Origin: an uncultured Erysipelotrichaceae bacterium
Lineage (GTDB): Bacteria; Bacillota_I; Bacilli_A; RF39; UBA660
NCBI GenBank assembly: GCA_902795215.1
Contig: CADBKG010000001.1
Location: 31,992 to 95,991, forward strand
Length of the DNA stretch: 64,000 nt
Direction: 5' to 3'
Of this stretch, positions 48,813 to 59,107 are shown piece after piece. Below the pieces are notes generated by a model. That model was not told the DNA's origin. It searched no databases and worked only from the letters and a program-made list of their open reading frames with translations. The stretch's first letter is position 1, and each line of letters opens with the position of its first letter. Both the position numbers and the translations under genes were made by a program.

Positions 48813-49457
48813 CTAGTTAACCATTACTACATTTGAAGCTTCAATATGTGCTGCAAACGAAACGCCACCAGCAAGTTCATTTTGTGGAGTACCATCATCA
48901 ACGAATGTTAAAGTTGATTTGTAAGTATGAGTTTCTCCAGGTGCAATCTTTTGAGTAGTAACAACTGCTTGACCAGTAGTAGCATGAGTCATATCAGTAA
49001 CTGTGCTATAGTTTTGTAAAGTTGGTTTATTTCCACCTGAAGCCATACTAGTTGTTACATCAGTTATTTGATATGTTAACTGATTATTCTTTTGTGTTTT
49101 AGCTGCAAATCCATTTGAATCTACTATTAAAGTTAAATCATAAGTATAACTTTTAGTATTAGAACTTGGATTAGTAATTGTAAACTCACCATTTCCAGTA
49201 GCTGTTGGGATTGCATTTGTTAATGCAATTGGAGCTCTTGTTGAATATTGTAAAGCTGCTGGAGCTTGTGCAGTTGTAACTGCGATACTTTGTGCAGATT
49301 GATTACTTACAGTAGCTGAGAAGAAGGCGAATGTAGCACCTACTAATGCAACTAATAATGTAGCAACACCAATAACTGTTAATAGTACAGTATTAGGATC
49401 CTTTTGTTTCCTTTCTTTTTTTTGTTGTTGTGGCATTTGACCATATTCTTCGTTCAT
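48813..49457 (-). CDS. TasA/camelysin-family protein with SipW-cognate-type signal peptide
   Basis: h-region ending GATFAFFSATV; T/S/Q-rich beta-type mature part; unusual ~20-aa charged N-terminal extension before the signal. Confidence 0.5.
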   Translation of the reverse strand: MNEEYGQMPQQQKKERKQKDPNTVLLTVIGVATLLVALVGATFAFFSATVSNQSAQSIAVTTAQAPAALQYSTRAPIALTNAIPTATGNGEFTITNPSSNTKSYTYDLTLIVDSNGFAAKTQKNNQLTYQITDVTTSMASGGNKPTLQNYSTVTDMTHATTGQAVVTTQKIAPGETHTYKSTLTFVDDGTPQNELAGGVSFAAHIEASNVVMVN

Positions 49458-49524
49458 CTATTATATCCTCCTTTATTATTACAAATTTATTATAGCAAAC
49501 AAGAATTTTATTTTCAACACTTTT

Positions 49525-50628
49525 TTAATAAAATAGACACTTTTCTATATCTGGTTTATATGTGATTGTAAAATTGTTTTCCTCTTTTTGTCCTTTTTCA
49601 AAAGAACCATCTTTATTTATAAAGTTAAATTCACAAGGTTTAATTAAACTATAAACCCCGTATTTTTCAAAACCATCTTGTTTATGAACATTTTCACTTG
49701 TTTCATAATTATATATTTTAAACATATCACTAAAATCTACTACATTAGTTACATCCCAGCCCTTAATATCATTTATATCCAAATATACGATATCATCACC
49801 AATGTTTATATTGAACATATTGCTCATAGTAGTAACGTTAGAAGTGTTAAAATCTTTAAAGTTTTCTAATTTACAGTACGTAATTCCAGAATCTTCTGTT
49901 TCACAACCATTTAGTATAGTATTTCCCGCGAACATATATGATGCATTAGTCATTTTAGAAGTATCAATATTAGATAAATCTAGACCAGTAATATTTAAAT
50001 TGTAAAACATATAAGAAGCATCTTCATTTAAATACGTAATATTTCCTGGTAAGTACAAATAAATCTTAGCATCTTTACCAAACCAAGCATAAGCTTTAGC
50101 AGTTGAATCTTCTGTAGATATTTCTACACTACTATAAGAATCGTCTTGCTTATCAGCAATTTCCATTCCTTTTATATCTTCAATATCACTTTCAAATGTG
50201 GCTTCACTATTTGCAAGTTTTTTAATTTTTTCGTTAAATTCTTTGCCTGAAAGAAGCGTTGTTGTAGTAACTGTTTTTCTCTTTGCAGATAATCTTGTTC
50301 CACCAGTTTTATCAAAATATAATACACATCTATCAACTTTGTTAACCGTTATTTGATATGTGTTATCACCATTAGAAATTACGGTACTTCCATTAGTACA
50401 CTTGCTTTTGCTTGAATTAAATGTATAACCAGTAGTTGGAAAATCTTTTTCGAGTGATAATGCATAATCTCCTATTCCAGCAGTTTGTTCCAAATACACT
50501 TTATATTTAGAATTGCCACTGTCTAAAACTATTGTTTTTTTAACAGGTACAAGCATTAAACAAGTTAAAACAACTAATATAGTTATTACTAAAGGTATAA
50601 TATATTTTCTTTTCATATACTTTTTCAT
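49525..50628 (-). CDS. DUF285 (BspA-type/Mycoplasma-like) repeat surface protein
   Basis: N-terminal TM; repeats of the ...DLSNIDTSKMTNASYMFAG... / ...FNTSNVTTMSNMF... / ...WDVTNVVDFSDMF type. Confidence 0.5.
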   Translation of the reverse strand: MKKYMKRKYIIPLVITILVVLTCLMLVPVKKTIVLDSGNSKYKVYLEQTAGIGDYALSLEKDFPTTGYTFNSSKSKCTNGSTVISNGDNTYQITVNKVDRCVLYFDKTGGTRLSAKRKTVTTTTLLSGKEFNEKIKKLANSEATFESDIEDIKGMEIADKQDDSYSSVEISTEDSTAKAYAWFGKDAKIYLYLPGNITYLNEDASYMFYNLNITGLDLSNIDTSKMTNASYMFAGNTILNGCETEDSGITYCKLENFKDFNTSNVTTMSNMFNINIGDDIVYLDINDIKGWDVTNVVDFSDMFKIYNYETSENVHKQDGFEKYGVYSLIKPCEFNFINKDGSFEKGQKEENNFTITYKPDIEKCLFY

Positions 50629-50674
50629 AACTTAAACCTCTCTATTCTCCTAAATTATATAATATTTAAAAAAA

Positions 50675-52663
50675 TTAATCAATATGATTTAAACTATATG
50701 CAAGATTTTCATACAAAGGATAATCTTTAAAACTATTATTTATGTTTTCCTTTATAAATTTGGCACTTTCATTATTAACTATAGATAAAAGTTTAATATC
50801 ATCCCTGAGTGAGGCTATTTTAAATATCATATCTCCAGATTGTCTAGTACCAAACAAATCTCCTTCTCCTCTTAGTTTAAAGTCCATTTCGCTAATATAA
50901 AAACCGTCATTTGATTTTGTTAAAATCTTTAATCTTTCGGATTCTTTATCGCTTATAAGTATGCATTTTGATTCAAGAGCATTTCTTCCAATTCTTCCTC
51001 TTAATTGGTGAAGAGTTGCAAGACCAAATCTTTCAGCATTAAATATAACCATGAGTGTTGCATTACTAACATCAACTCCTACTTCAATAACAGTAGTAGA
51101 TATTAGTATTTTTATCTTTCCGTCTTTAAAATCATTCATAATTTTTTCTTTTTCTGCAGGTTTTAATTTTCCATGTATAATCTCTGTTGGTATTCTAGAA
51201 TTAAATGCTGTATCTAAATTTTTCTTTAAAGTTTTAACATCTTTTAAATCATCATCCTCAGATTCAATAGATGCAGATACTATATACACTTGATGACCGT
51301 TTTTAACTTCTTCTAATATTTCAAATAAAGCTATCTTTATATCTTTATTTTTAATTAAACTTGTTTTAATTGGTAATCTACCCGCGGGTTTTGTTTTAAT
51401 AGTACTTATATCCATATCACCATAAATTGTTAATGCATAAGTTCTCGGAATAGGTGTTGCACTAGTATATAAAACATCACACATAGTTCCCTTATTTTGA
51501 AATACGCTTCTTTGATTAACACCAAACCTATGTTGTTCATCAGTTATTACAAGTCCTAAATTTTTAAATATAACATCATCAAGTAATATTGCATGTGTAC
51601 CAATAAGTAAATCTATATCCCCAGATTTTAAATCTTCAAGTATTTTACTTCTTTCTTTTTTGCTCATTTTACCTTTTAAAAGCTCTACTCTAACTCCTAG
51701 CCCTTTAAAAAAGTGAGTAATACTTAAAAAATGTTGATCAGCAAGTATTTCTGTTGGTGCAAGAAGCGCACTTTGATAACCACATAAATAGTTATAGTAT
51801 ATTCCAACTACACTTACTATAGTCTTACCACTTCCAACATCACCAAGAAGTAACCTGTTCATTCTGCTTTCACTTTTTAAATCATCTAAAATATCATCAC
51901 ATGCTTTTATTTGATCTTCTGTTAATTTAAAAGGCAAATTATCTATAAAAGATTTAACTTCACTAAAATCTTTATCTCTTTTTAATCCATCTTGTTGTTT
52001 CCTGTTTTGTTTTAGGTAATTTGTTTTAAACATAAATTTAAATAACTCTTCATACTTTAATCTCTCTATAGCTTTTTCCATAATATTATTACTTGTTGGA
52101 TTATGAATTAATTTAATAGCAGTTTCTTTATCCAAAAATTCTTTATCATCAATTATATAATTAGGTATATAGTCTTCCACTTTAGGATTAGTAAGAAGTG
52201 CATTAGTTATTAAATTATTTAATACTTTTGATGTAATACCACTTGTTAATCTATATACAGGTTCAAATGTAGTTTCTTTAGTTTCAAAAAGTCTTATATC
52301 AGAGCATGATATACTGTTTTTCCTAGAATCATATTCTCCAATTAAAGTTACTGTTTTACCACGTTTTATATTGTTTTTCATAAATGCTCTATTAAATATA
52401 ACCACATCTACTAAATAATTATCAACTTCCACTCTAAATGATAATTTATTAAAGTTTTTCTTTATATAAGTTGCTATAGGAGGAGTTTCAACTATCCCAT
52501 TTACAACGACTTCACCATCTTTTAATGGTGTTAATTCTATTTTATTGTATCTAAAAGGATAATAGTTTATTAGATCATCTATTGTTTTTATACCAAGTTT
52601 ATTCAATGTACCAAGTGTTTTTGGTCCTACTCCTTTAATATCTTCTAGCATATTATCCTCCAT
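50675..52663 (-). CDS. recG: ATP-dependent DNA helicase RecG
   Basis: Wedge domain + helicase motifs (GDVGSGKT, DEQHRFGV, TATPIPRT, HQLRGRIGR); start probably MLEDIKG. Confidence 0.85.
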   Translation of the reverse strand: MEDNMLEDIKGVGPKTLGTLNKLGIKTIDDLINYYPFRYNKIELTPLKDGEVVVNGIVETPPIATYIKKNFNKLSFRVEVDNYLVDVVIFNRAFMKNNIKRGKTVTLIGEYDSRKNSISCSDIRLFETKETTFEPVYRLTSGITSKVLNNLITNALLTNPKVEDYIPNYIIDDKEFLDKETAIKLIHNPTSNNIMEKAIERLKYEELFKFMFKTNYLKQNRKQQDGLKRDKDFSEVKSFIDNLPFKLTEDQIKACDDILDDLKSESRMNRLLLGDVGSGKTIVSVVGIYYNYLCGYQSALLAPTEILADQHFLSITHFFKGLGVRVELLKGKMSKKERSKILEDLKSGDIDLLIGTHAILLDDVIFKNLGLVITDEQHRFGVNQRSVFQNKGTMCDVLYTSATPIPRTYALTIYGDMDISTIKTKPAGRLPIKTSLIKNKDIKIALFEILEEVKNGHQVYIVSASIESEDDDLKDVKTLKKNLDTAFNSRIPTEIIHGKLKPAEKEKIMNDFKDGKIKILISTTVIEVGVDVSNATLMVIFNAERFGLATLHQLRGRIGRNALESKCILISDKESERLKILTKSNDGFYISEMDFKLRGEGDLFGTRQSGDMIFKIASLRDDIKLLSIVNNESAKFIKENINNSFKDYPLYENLAYSLNHID

Positions 52664-52700
52664 AAAGATTATATCAAAAATATAAAAAAAAGAAACGATT

Positions 52701-53288
52701 TTATTCGTTTCCTTTTAAACTAGTTACCATGTCTATATTTTTTATTTTTCTTGCTAAAAATTTTGATACTATATATGATACTAAGAATGTTCCAATTGCA
52801 GCGATAACATATGATGAAACATTTATACTAGCACCAAAATCATAATGATCTTCTATTGCTGTTTTAAATAACCAATCTGTTAAATAATAACCAAGTGGTA
52901 ATCCACATATTACTCCAAGAATAGCAATCCAATTGTTTTGTTTAACAAATATTTTTTTAATTAAATTAACATTTTCTTCTACTGTTAAAGTTGGCATTAT
53001 ATTATAAAACTGAAATATAAATCCAACATCACTCGCTCTATATCTTGTAAGCATTCTATCATTATATTTAGCAATATTATTTTCACCTACAAAGATATTT
53101 CCACTGGTAACTTTATCCATTCCACCAAGCAAATTTAAAAGTGTTGATTTACCTGCCCCAGATGGTCCAAGGATAACAGCAAGCTCTCCTTGATTAATCT
53201 CAAGATTAATTCCATCTAATGCTTTAAATTCTTGATCACCAACTTTGTATACTTTTTTAACTTTTTCTAATTTTATTAAATTTTCCAT
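52701..53288 (-). pseudogene. remnant of an ABC transporter: ATPase N-terminus fused in-frame to FtsX-like permease C-terminus
   Basis: Walker A GPSGAGKST and Q-loop present; signature/Walker B/H-loop absent; last ~85 aa resemble the final TM hairpin and ...RKIxxIDxVxxLKxE tail of MacB/FtsX permeases. Confidence 0.5.
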
Positions 53289-53301
53289 ACTCCCTCCTTT
53301 T

Positions 53302-53319
53302 TATGAAACGTGTTTCATA
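53302..53319. promoter_or_regulatory. palindromic operator-like site O1 (TATGAAAC-GT-GTTTCATA)
   Basis: Near-perfect 18-bp inverted repeat between the divergent ABC-remnant and tetR genes. Confidence 0.5.
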
Positions 53320-53363
53320 TTAATTTTATAACATTCCTTTATTTTAGTCAATTGCAGAATATT

Positions 53364-53385
53364 CATATGAAACAAATTTCATATG
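53364..53385. promoter_or_regulatory. palindromic operator-like site O2 (CATATGAAAC-AAA-TTTCATATG)
   Basis: Same half-site as O1 with different spacer. Confidence 0.45.
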
Positions 53386-53413
53386 GCAAACTATTTCATT
53401 AAAAATTTGAAAA

Positions 53414-53422
53414 TGGTATAAT
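53414..53422 (+). promoter_or_regulatory. extended -10 (TGgTATAAT) of the tetR promoter
   Basis: TGGTATAAT 22 nt upstream of the tetR ATG; TTTCAT -35-like 17 nt upstream. Confidence 0.45.
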
Positions 53423-53444
53423 ACAACTGAAATGGAGAGATGTT

Positions 53445-54053
53445 ATGTATCCTACAATTAGAGAACCAAAACAAAAAAGAGCAAAAGAAAAAAAAGAAAG
53501 AATTATTGAAGCTGGCTGGGAATTAATAAGCAAAAATGGTTACTATAGTACAAACACCGCAGAAATTGCTAAGGAAGCCGGAGTTTCTACAGGAATTGTA
53601 TATCAGTATTTTCAAGATAAACATGATATTTTAATGGAAGCAATAGATAGACATATGGATGATGTGTTTTTCCCTATGATAAACGTTAAAAATATTAAGA
53701 TTGATTTTAATGAATATGATACTCTAATGAGAAGAATGCTTAATAAATATATAAAGAATCATAATTTATCAAAAGTTGCCCACGAAGAGATAATTGCTAT
53801 GGTACATAGCGATGAAGAAGTTGCTAAAAAGTTTTATGAGAAAGAACTTGAAACTGCGAATAGCATTAAAGAATTACTTATGTTTAATGGTGTAGAAGAT
53901 AACAATCTAGATGAAAAAGTTCATATAATGATGGGAATGATTGATAATGTGTGTCATGAAGTAACTTATCACAGGCATAAAGAAATCAATTACGATAAAA
54001 TGATTGATTTAGTTGTTGATAATATAAGGAACTTATTTAAAAATGATTTTTAA
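53445..54053 (+). CDS. TetR/AcrR family transcriptional regulator
   Basis: N-terminal HTH NTAEIAKEAGVSTGIVYQYFQDKHDIL. Confidence 0.8.
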   Translation: MYPTIREPKQKRAKEKKERIIEAGWELISKNGYYSTNTAEIAKEAGVSTGIVYQYFQDKHDILMEAIDRHMDDVFFPMINVKNIKIDFNEYDTLMRRMLNKYIKNHNLSKVAHEEIIAMVHSDEEVAKKFYEKELETANSIKELLMFNGVEDNNLDEKVHIMMGMIDNVCHEVTYHRHKEINYDKMIDLVVDNIRNLFKNDF

Positions 54054-54110
54054 ATAAGTTTTTTAATGACTTTTTTGCATCAAAAAACTCTCTTTGCTGA
54101 GAGTTTCTTG

Positions 54111-54746
54111 TTATTTCTTTTCTTTAATTAGTTCGTTATAAAAATTACATTCTGCTACAGATACATAAGGTATTAGCCAGAAATATAAAATACCAAATGT
54201 GAATGCTCCAAGTATAAACCAGCCAATAAAGCTTAAAACTAATTTACAGTATTCCCATTTATGGCCATTCATAAGTTCTTTACTTTTTTTGATACAATCC
54301 ATTGCACCCATTTCTTCGTTATCAATTTTAATAAGTGCAGCTTGTGAATAAGAAATTGCTGCTATAATACCAGGGATAATTAAAAGTAATGTCCATAAAG
54401 TAATGAATATTGCCATTAAGATTGATAATAGTAAGAATCCACCAAATAAATGAGTCTTACTAAATAATTCATTATACTCAGGTGTTTCACCACGTGATAC
54501 TTTTAAGAAATAACTAGTATATCCAAGACCAATTAAACACGCTACTATTAATGAAATAATGTTTAGAGACTGCGTAGTTTCAACACCATTGATTACTGTT
54601 GGTTCAAAAATTTGTTTACTAACAAATAAATCAAGACTTGATGCTAACACAGTAATAATCATGTATAAGATAAGAATTATGATCGTGTTCTTCCATTTCC
54701 CTTCTAATGACTTTCTAGCATTTTCTTTTAAAGCTTTTAAATTCAT
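54111..54746 (-). CDS. DUF975-like integral membrane protein
   Basis: 211 aa, N-terminal amphipathic segment + 5-6 TM helices. Confidence 0.45.
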   Translation of the reverse strand: MNLKALKENARKSLEGKWKNTIIILILYMIITVLASSLDLFVSKQIFEPTVINGVETTQSLNIISLIVACLIGLGYTSYFLKVSRGETPEYNELFSKTHLFGGFLLLSILMAIFITLWTLLLIIPGIIAAISYSQAALIKIDNEEMGAMDCIKKSKELMNGHKWEYCKLVLSFIGWFILGAFTFGILYFWLIPYVSVAECNFYNELIKEKK

Positions 54747-54891
54747 ACAACCTATCCTTTCTTGCTTTTATTATATTATTAAATATATTATAAATCAACA
54801 AATATTTACTAAGCAAATGTATAGATAAATCAACTTTTTTTAAAGGTTTTAAAGATATTTAAAAAAAGTTTAAAAAATTTAAAAAAAATGC

Positions 54892-54920
54892 TTGACTTTA
54901 TATTCATTTTTGAGTAGTAT
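54892..54920 (+). promoter_or_regulatory. promoter of candidate small RNA
   Basis: TTGACT - 17 nt - TAGTAT, preceded by an A/T-rich UP-like tract. Confidence 0.4.
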
Positions 54921-54926
54921 ATGAAC

Positions 54927-55039
54927 TACCAATTCACTTTATACGAAGGCGAATTGGTGCTAGTATCACACTAGCCAACCCCTTTTTATTCTTTTTTTGA
55001 AGTAGGCCCTCAGGGGGGACCTACTTCGTTTTTTTTTTT
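54927..55039 (+). ncRNA. candidate ~110-nt small RNA (promoter-to-terminator unit, noncoding)
   Basis: Two internal hairpins (ACCAAUUC...GAAUUGGU; GCUAG...CUAGC) and a 13-bp GC-rich terminator stem + U10; no SD-preceded ORF; flanking genes are on the opposite strand. Confidence 0.35.
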
Positions 55040-55055
55040 ATAAACAAAAAGAAGC

Positions 55056-56054
55056 TTATTTTAAAGCCTCTATTGCTTCATCAAAAGTCGAAACTCCAAT
55101 AACCTTTATATTAAGGTTATTTTTTTTGACCGTATCTTTTGCTGCTTTTTCATTTGCTTTAGGACATATAAATATTTCTGCACCGTCTTTGGCAGCGCCT
55201 AACACTTTATACTTAACTCCTCCTATTTCTCCTACTTTACCAGTCTTACTAATAGTACCAGTTCCCATAATAGTTCTTCCTTTAGTAATATCATCAGGAG
55301 TTATTTTGTTATATATTTCAAGTGCAGTTAAGAATCCACCACTTGGGCCTGATTCTGTAGATTTAGTTTCTATATTTATATCATATTTAGTTTTATATTC
55401 ACTAACTGTTGCAATTCCAATCCCCACTTTTGGCGTTCCATCAAAATCAACAAGTTTAACATTATCAGTATATATTTTATTATTTCTCTTATAAGTTACA
55501 ATAACTTCATCTCCTACATTCTTACTAGATATATAATTTTGAAATTCTTCTAATGAATTATAATTTGTATCATCTATTTTTAGTATTTCATCATTATATT
55601 TTAAATTTGTTTTAGCTTTAGATGAAACTTGTGTAACAATATTTTTTGTTTCGTTAACATCAAAATCTACGCCTGCAGAAGTATATGCTACATATTCAGC
55701 ATTACTATATGCTTCTTCTAAATATATTTTATCTATCTCTATAGTGTCGTTTATATCCTCATTGTCATATGCAATTTTTGTAGTGCTAACTAAGTCCCAA
55801 TTTGGCAATACATAAGATAATGCTACAAATACAGGCGCACCTCTTACCATAGAAACATATGTCATAGATAAGCTTCCCTTTTCATCGTAAGTATTTTTTC
55901 CTGTAACTCTACTACTTAAATCAATTGAGCCTCCAGGAGTATATATAACATATGGTAATTTTACCCTAGTAATAATAAGAATTATCGCAATAGCTATAAA
56001 AAATGTTAAATTGCCTTTTATAAATGATATTAATCTTTTCATTTTATACCTCAC
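55056..56054 (-). CDS. YlbL/SepM-like membrane protease (TM + PDZ + Lon-C/S16 domain)
   Basis: N-terminal TM; PDZ region; GPSGGFLTALEIYNKIT serine motif + downstream Lys. Confidence 0.75.
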   Translation of the reverse strand: MRYKMKRLISFIKGNLTFFIAIAIILIITRVKLPYVIYTPGGSIDLSSRVTGKNTYDEKGSLSMTYVSMVRGAPVFVALSYVLPNWDLVSTTKIAYDNEDINDTIEIDKIYLEEAYSNAEYVAYTSAGVDFDVNETKNIVTQVSSKAKTNLKYNDEILKIDDTNYNSLEEFQNYISSKNVGDEVIVTYKRNNKIYTDNVKLVDFDGTPKVGIGIATVSEYKTKYDINIETKSTESGPSGGFLTALEIYNKITPDDITKGRTIMGTGTISKTGKVGEIGGVKYKVLGAAKDGAEIFICPKANEKAAKDTVKKNNLNIKVIGVSTFDEAIEALK

Positions 56055-56084
56055 TTTTAATATTATATCAAAAATATAAGTTTT

Positions 56085-56951
56085 ATGAAAATATTTAAAC
56101 TTTTGTTTTCATATACTTTACTAATGAAAAAGAAAGATTATATTATTTTATCAATATTATTAGTAGTCTTTACGTTACTTTTTAAACACAATAATTTAGT
56201 TAGAGATTCTGTAATAGATTCATCTAAAATATGGTTTTATAATATTGTAACTAGCCTTCTTCCTATATATATTATAACTGACTTACTTATCAATTATGGA
56301 ATAATTAATCTTTTTAAAAACAACAAATTATTTTTAACCTTTATTTCTTTATTATTAGGATCACCTAGTAATGCAAAATATATAAAAGAGTTTTATTTAG
56401 ATAATTATATTTCACTTGAAGAAGCGAATAATTTACTTATTTTTAGTTATAGTCCAAGCCCTTTATTTATATTAAATATATCTCCAAGTATTAAATATGG
56501 ACTATTTATTTTATTATATATTTATTTTACTAACTTTATCCTTTTTTTATTCACCAAAAAAAAGAATAATACTTTTAAAACAATTGGTTTTAAGAAAATG
56601 TCTTTTTCTAAATGTATAGAATCTTCTATTAATAAATCTTTTAAAATATTAATTCTAATTCTTGGAGTAATAATTATTTATAATATAATTATTTCTCTTT
56701 TAGATATAATGTTTGTTGATAAGATGTTTTTTATAAAAACTATTTTAGAATTAACAAATGGTTTAAACATTACCACTAAACTTGGAAGTCATTTTTTAAT
56801 ATATAGTATATTAATCAGTACATTTGGAGGATTATCAATTCATACGCAAATAAAAAGTATATTAGAAGACTCTAATATATCTTATTATTGTTTTTTAAAA
56901 GGAAGATTGCTTTCTTTAATGCCTTTAATCCCTATTATCATATTCTATTAA
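56085..56951 (+). CDS. YlbJ-like integral membrane protein (nucleoside-recognition/Gate-type), short form
   Basis: Polytopic; LLGSPSNAKYI resembles the GFPxGAK motif of YlbJ/SpmA-type domains; adjacent to the ylbL-like gene as in Bacillus. Confidence 0.45.
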   Translation: MKIFKLLFSYTLLMKKKDYIILSILLVVFTLLFKHNNLVRDSVIDSSKIWFYNIVTSLLPIYIITDLLINYGIINLFKNNKLFLTFISLLLGSPSNAKYIKEFYLDNYISLEEANNLLIFSYSPSPLFILNISPSIKYGLFILLYIYFTNFILFLFTKKKNNTFKTIGFKKMSFSKCIESSINKSFKILILILGVIIIYNIIISLLDIMFVDKMFFIKTILELTNGLNITTKLGSHFLIYSILISTFGGLSIHTQIKSILEDSNISYYCFLKGRLLSLMPLIPIIIFY

Positions 56952-58007
56952 ATTATCTTTTATTTCTACATTACTTATTTCATCAAATCTTTTAGTTATT
57001 TTATCAGTAGTAGTATGAATAGATAATACATCTTTATTAACTGTTTCAAGTGATCTAGATAGTTTATCCCATCTTTCTTTATATCTTCCAAACTCTATAC
57101 CAAGTTTATTTAATTCATTATGTATTACTTTTGCATATTTATCTCTGGCCATGTCTTTAATTATCATACTTATAATTGTCAAAGTGCTCATTAAAGTTGT
57201 AGGACTTGTAATCCATACATTTTTAGAATAAGCATATGAAAGTATATCATGATGATAAGCATTTATTTCTGCGAATATTGCTTCTGCAGGCAAAAACATA
57301 ATCGCTTGATTAGAAGTTACTCCATTAATTATATATTTACTAGAAATTGCATCTATATGTTTTTTTACATCAGATTTAAATGCTTTTTCAGCCATTGCCC
57401 TCTCGGTTTTAGATAAATTCTTATTAGTCATCATCTCAAAGTTTTCGAGAGGAAACTTTGAGTCTATCGCAATCGTTCCAAGTGGCTCTGGTGCAAATAA
57501 AATAGCGTCACAGATATTTCCATTAGGCAATGTATATTGTATTTGATAAACTTTATCATTTTTCTCTCCAAAGATATTTTTAAGTATAATATTTAAATTA
57601 ACTTCACCAAATATTCCTCTGGTCTTTTTATCAGTAAGCACTGATTGAAGATTAATTATATCAGTACCTAAGGTATCTATCTTTTTTTGTGCTTCATCTA
57701 TTTTAGAAAGTCTTTCTAATACATTTGTAAATGTTTTATTTGTCTTTTCTAAATTTATATCTAATCTTTCATTAACTTTATTATCTATATAATCTAGTTT
57801 TTTATCTACACTAAGTATCAATTTTTCAAAATCTTCTTGTATACCTTTATCTATTAAATATCTAAAATCCCCTAAATCTTTAGTAGTATTTTTTTCTAAA
57901 TTACTTATTCTATCTATTAATTCTATATTATTATTTTTTCTAACCAATAAAATAATAAGCAAAAGTATAACTATTACAAGTAGTCCAATTATTATATATT
58001 CTATCAT
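56925..58007 (-). CDS. rmuC: DNA recombination protein RmuC
   Basis: N-terminal TM + coiled coil + RmuC C-terminal nuclease-like domain. Confidence 0.75.
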   Translation of the reverse strand: MIEYIIIGLLVIVILLLIILLVRKNNNIELIDRISNLEKNTTKDLGDFRYLIDKGIQEDFEKLILSVDKKLDYIDNKVNERLDINLEKTNKTFTNVLERLSKIDEAQKKIDTLGTDIINLQSVLTDKKTRGIFGEVNLNIILKNIFGEKNDKVYQIQYTLPNGNICDAILFAPEPLGTIAIDSKFPLENFEMMTNKNLSKTERAMAEKAFKSDVKKHIDAISSKYIINGVTSNQAIMFLPAEAIFAEINAYHHDILSYAYSKNVWITSPTTLMSTLTIISMIIKDMARDKYAKVIHNELNKLGIEFGRYKERWDKLSRSLETVNKDVLSIHTTTDKITKRFDEISNVEIKDNLIEYDNRD

Positions 58008-58015
58008 TATTACTC

Positions 58016-58606
58016 CTAGTCTATATTAAATTTTTTGTTTACTAAATTACTTAAAATATACGCTATTAAAACCATTACTATAATTTTTACAAAATATATG
58101 GGATGTGAAAATGCATCTATAAATGTTACACCTAAATATCCCCAAAAATATACTAGAAATGGCTTAGATACTAAAAGACATACTAAATATTTTCTAGGCG
58201 TTATATCACTTACACCAGCGACAATATTTACAAGAAATGCTGGTGTAAAAGGGAATGCTAGTATAACTGCAATATTATTAGTTTTTAAGTTGCTAAAGGA
58301 ATCTAATAATTTGATTATTTTTTTCTTTTTATATTTTTCTTTTAAGTACTCTATTCTATTTTTAAATATTCTTTTAGACATATAAAATGCAATCATACAT
58401 CCTATTACAGTAAGAACGTATGAAATAATAAACCCGATTAGTTTTCCAAACGCATAAAAATTAAGTGTTATAAATACTGATATTGGAAGTACTGGCACTA
58501 TAGATTCTATAAGTATCAAAAAACAACCGACTATCGGCCCATATATACCAAGTGATGTTAAAAAAGTTGTCATATATTCTCCGGCGTTAAATATTATTTC
58601 TTTCAC
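58016..58606 (-). CDS. TVP38/TMEM64 (DedA-like) family membrane protein
   Basis: Polytopic 196 aa; GPIVGCFLILIESIVPVLPISVF matches the SNARE-associated/DedA core. Confidence 0.55.
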   Translation of the reverse strand: MKEIIFNAGEYMTTFLTSLGIYGPIVGCFLILIESIVPVLPISVFITLNFYAFGKLIGFIISYVLTVIGCMIAFYMSKRIFKNRIEYLKEKYKKKKIIKLLDSFSNLKTNNIAVILAFPFTPAFLVNIVAGVSDITPRKYLVCLLVSKPFLVYFWGYLGVTFIDAFSHPIYFVKIIVMVLIAYILSNLVNKKFNID

Positions 58607-58687
58607 CTATATCACCTACATTTATTATACAACATTTTATATTATTTACCATACTTTGCCATAAAAAAAGTGTAAATATTTTTTACA

Positions 58688-59107
58688 CTATTTTTTCTTT
58701 GCAAGTAAGTCTCTAATTTCTTTAAGAGCTGTAACTTCTGGTGAATCTGCAGGAGCTTCTTCTTTTGATTCTTCTTTTTTCTTAAATTTGTTAAGAGCTT
58801 TCATCATTACAAATAAGCATAGAGCTACGATTAAGAAGTCAATTACATTTTGAATAAAAATTCCATATTTAATATTAGCTTCCCCTACTTTAATTGCAAG
58901 TTCTGAAAAATCAAGACCTCCAAGGATTACTCCAATTAGTGGCATTAAAATATTATCAACAAGTGAAGATACTATTTTTCCAAAAGCACCACCAATAATT
59001 ACACCAATGGCTAAATCCATTACATTTCCTTGGGCAATAAATTCTTTAAATTCTTTTACGAATCCGCCACTTTTTTCTTTAAGATCTTTAGCTTTACCTT
59101 TATCCAT
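58688..59107 (-). CDS. mscL: large-conductance mechanosensitive channel
   Basis: FKEFIAQGNVMDLAIGVIIGGAFGKIVSSLVDNILMPLIG; 139 aa. Confidence 0.85.
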   Translation of the reverse strand: MDKGKAKDLKEKSGGFVKEFKEFIAQGNVMDLAIGVIIGGAFGKIVSSLVDNILMPLIGVILGGLDFSELAIKVGEANIKYGIFIQNVIDFLIVALCLFVMMKALNKFKKKEESKEEAPADSPEVTALKEIRDLLAKKK

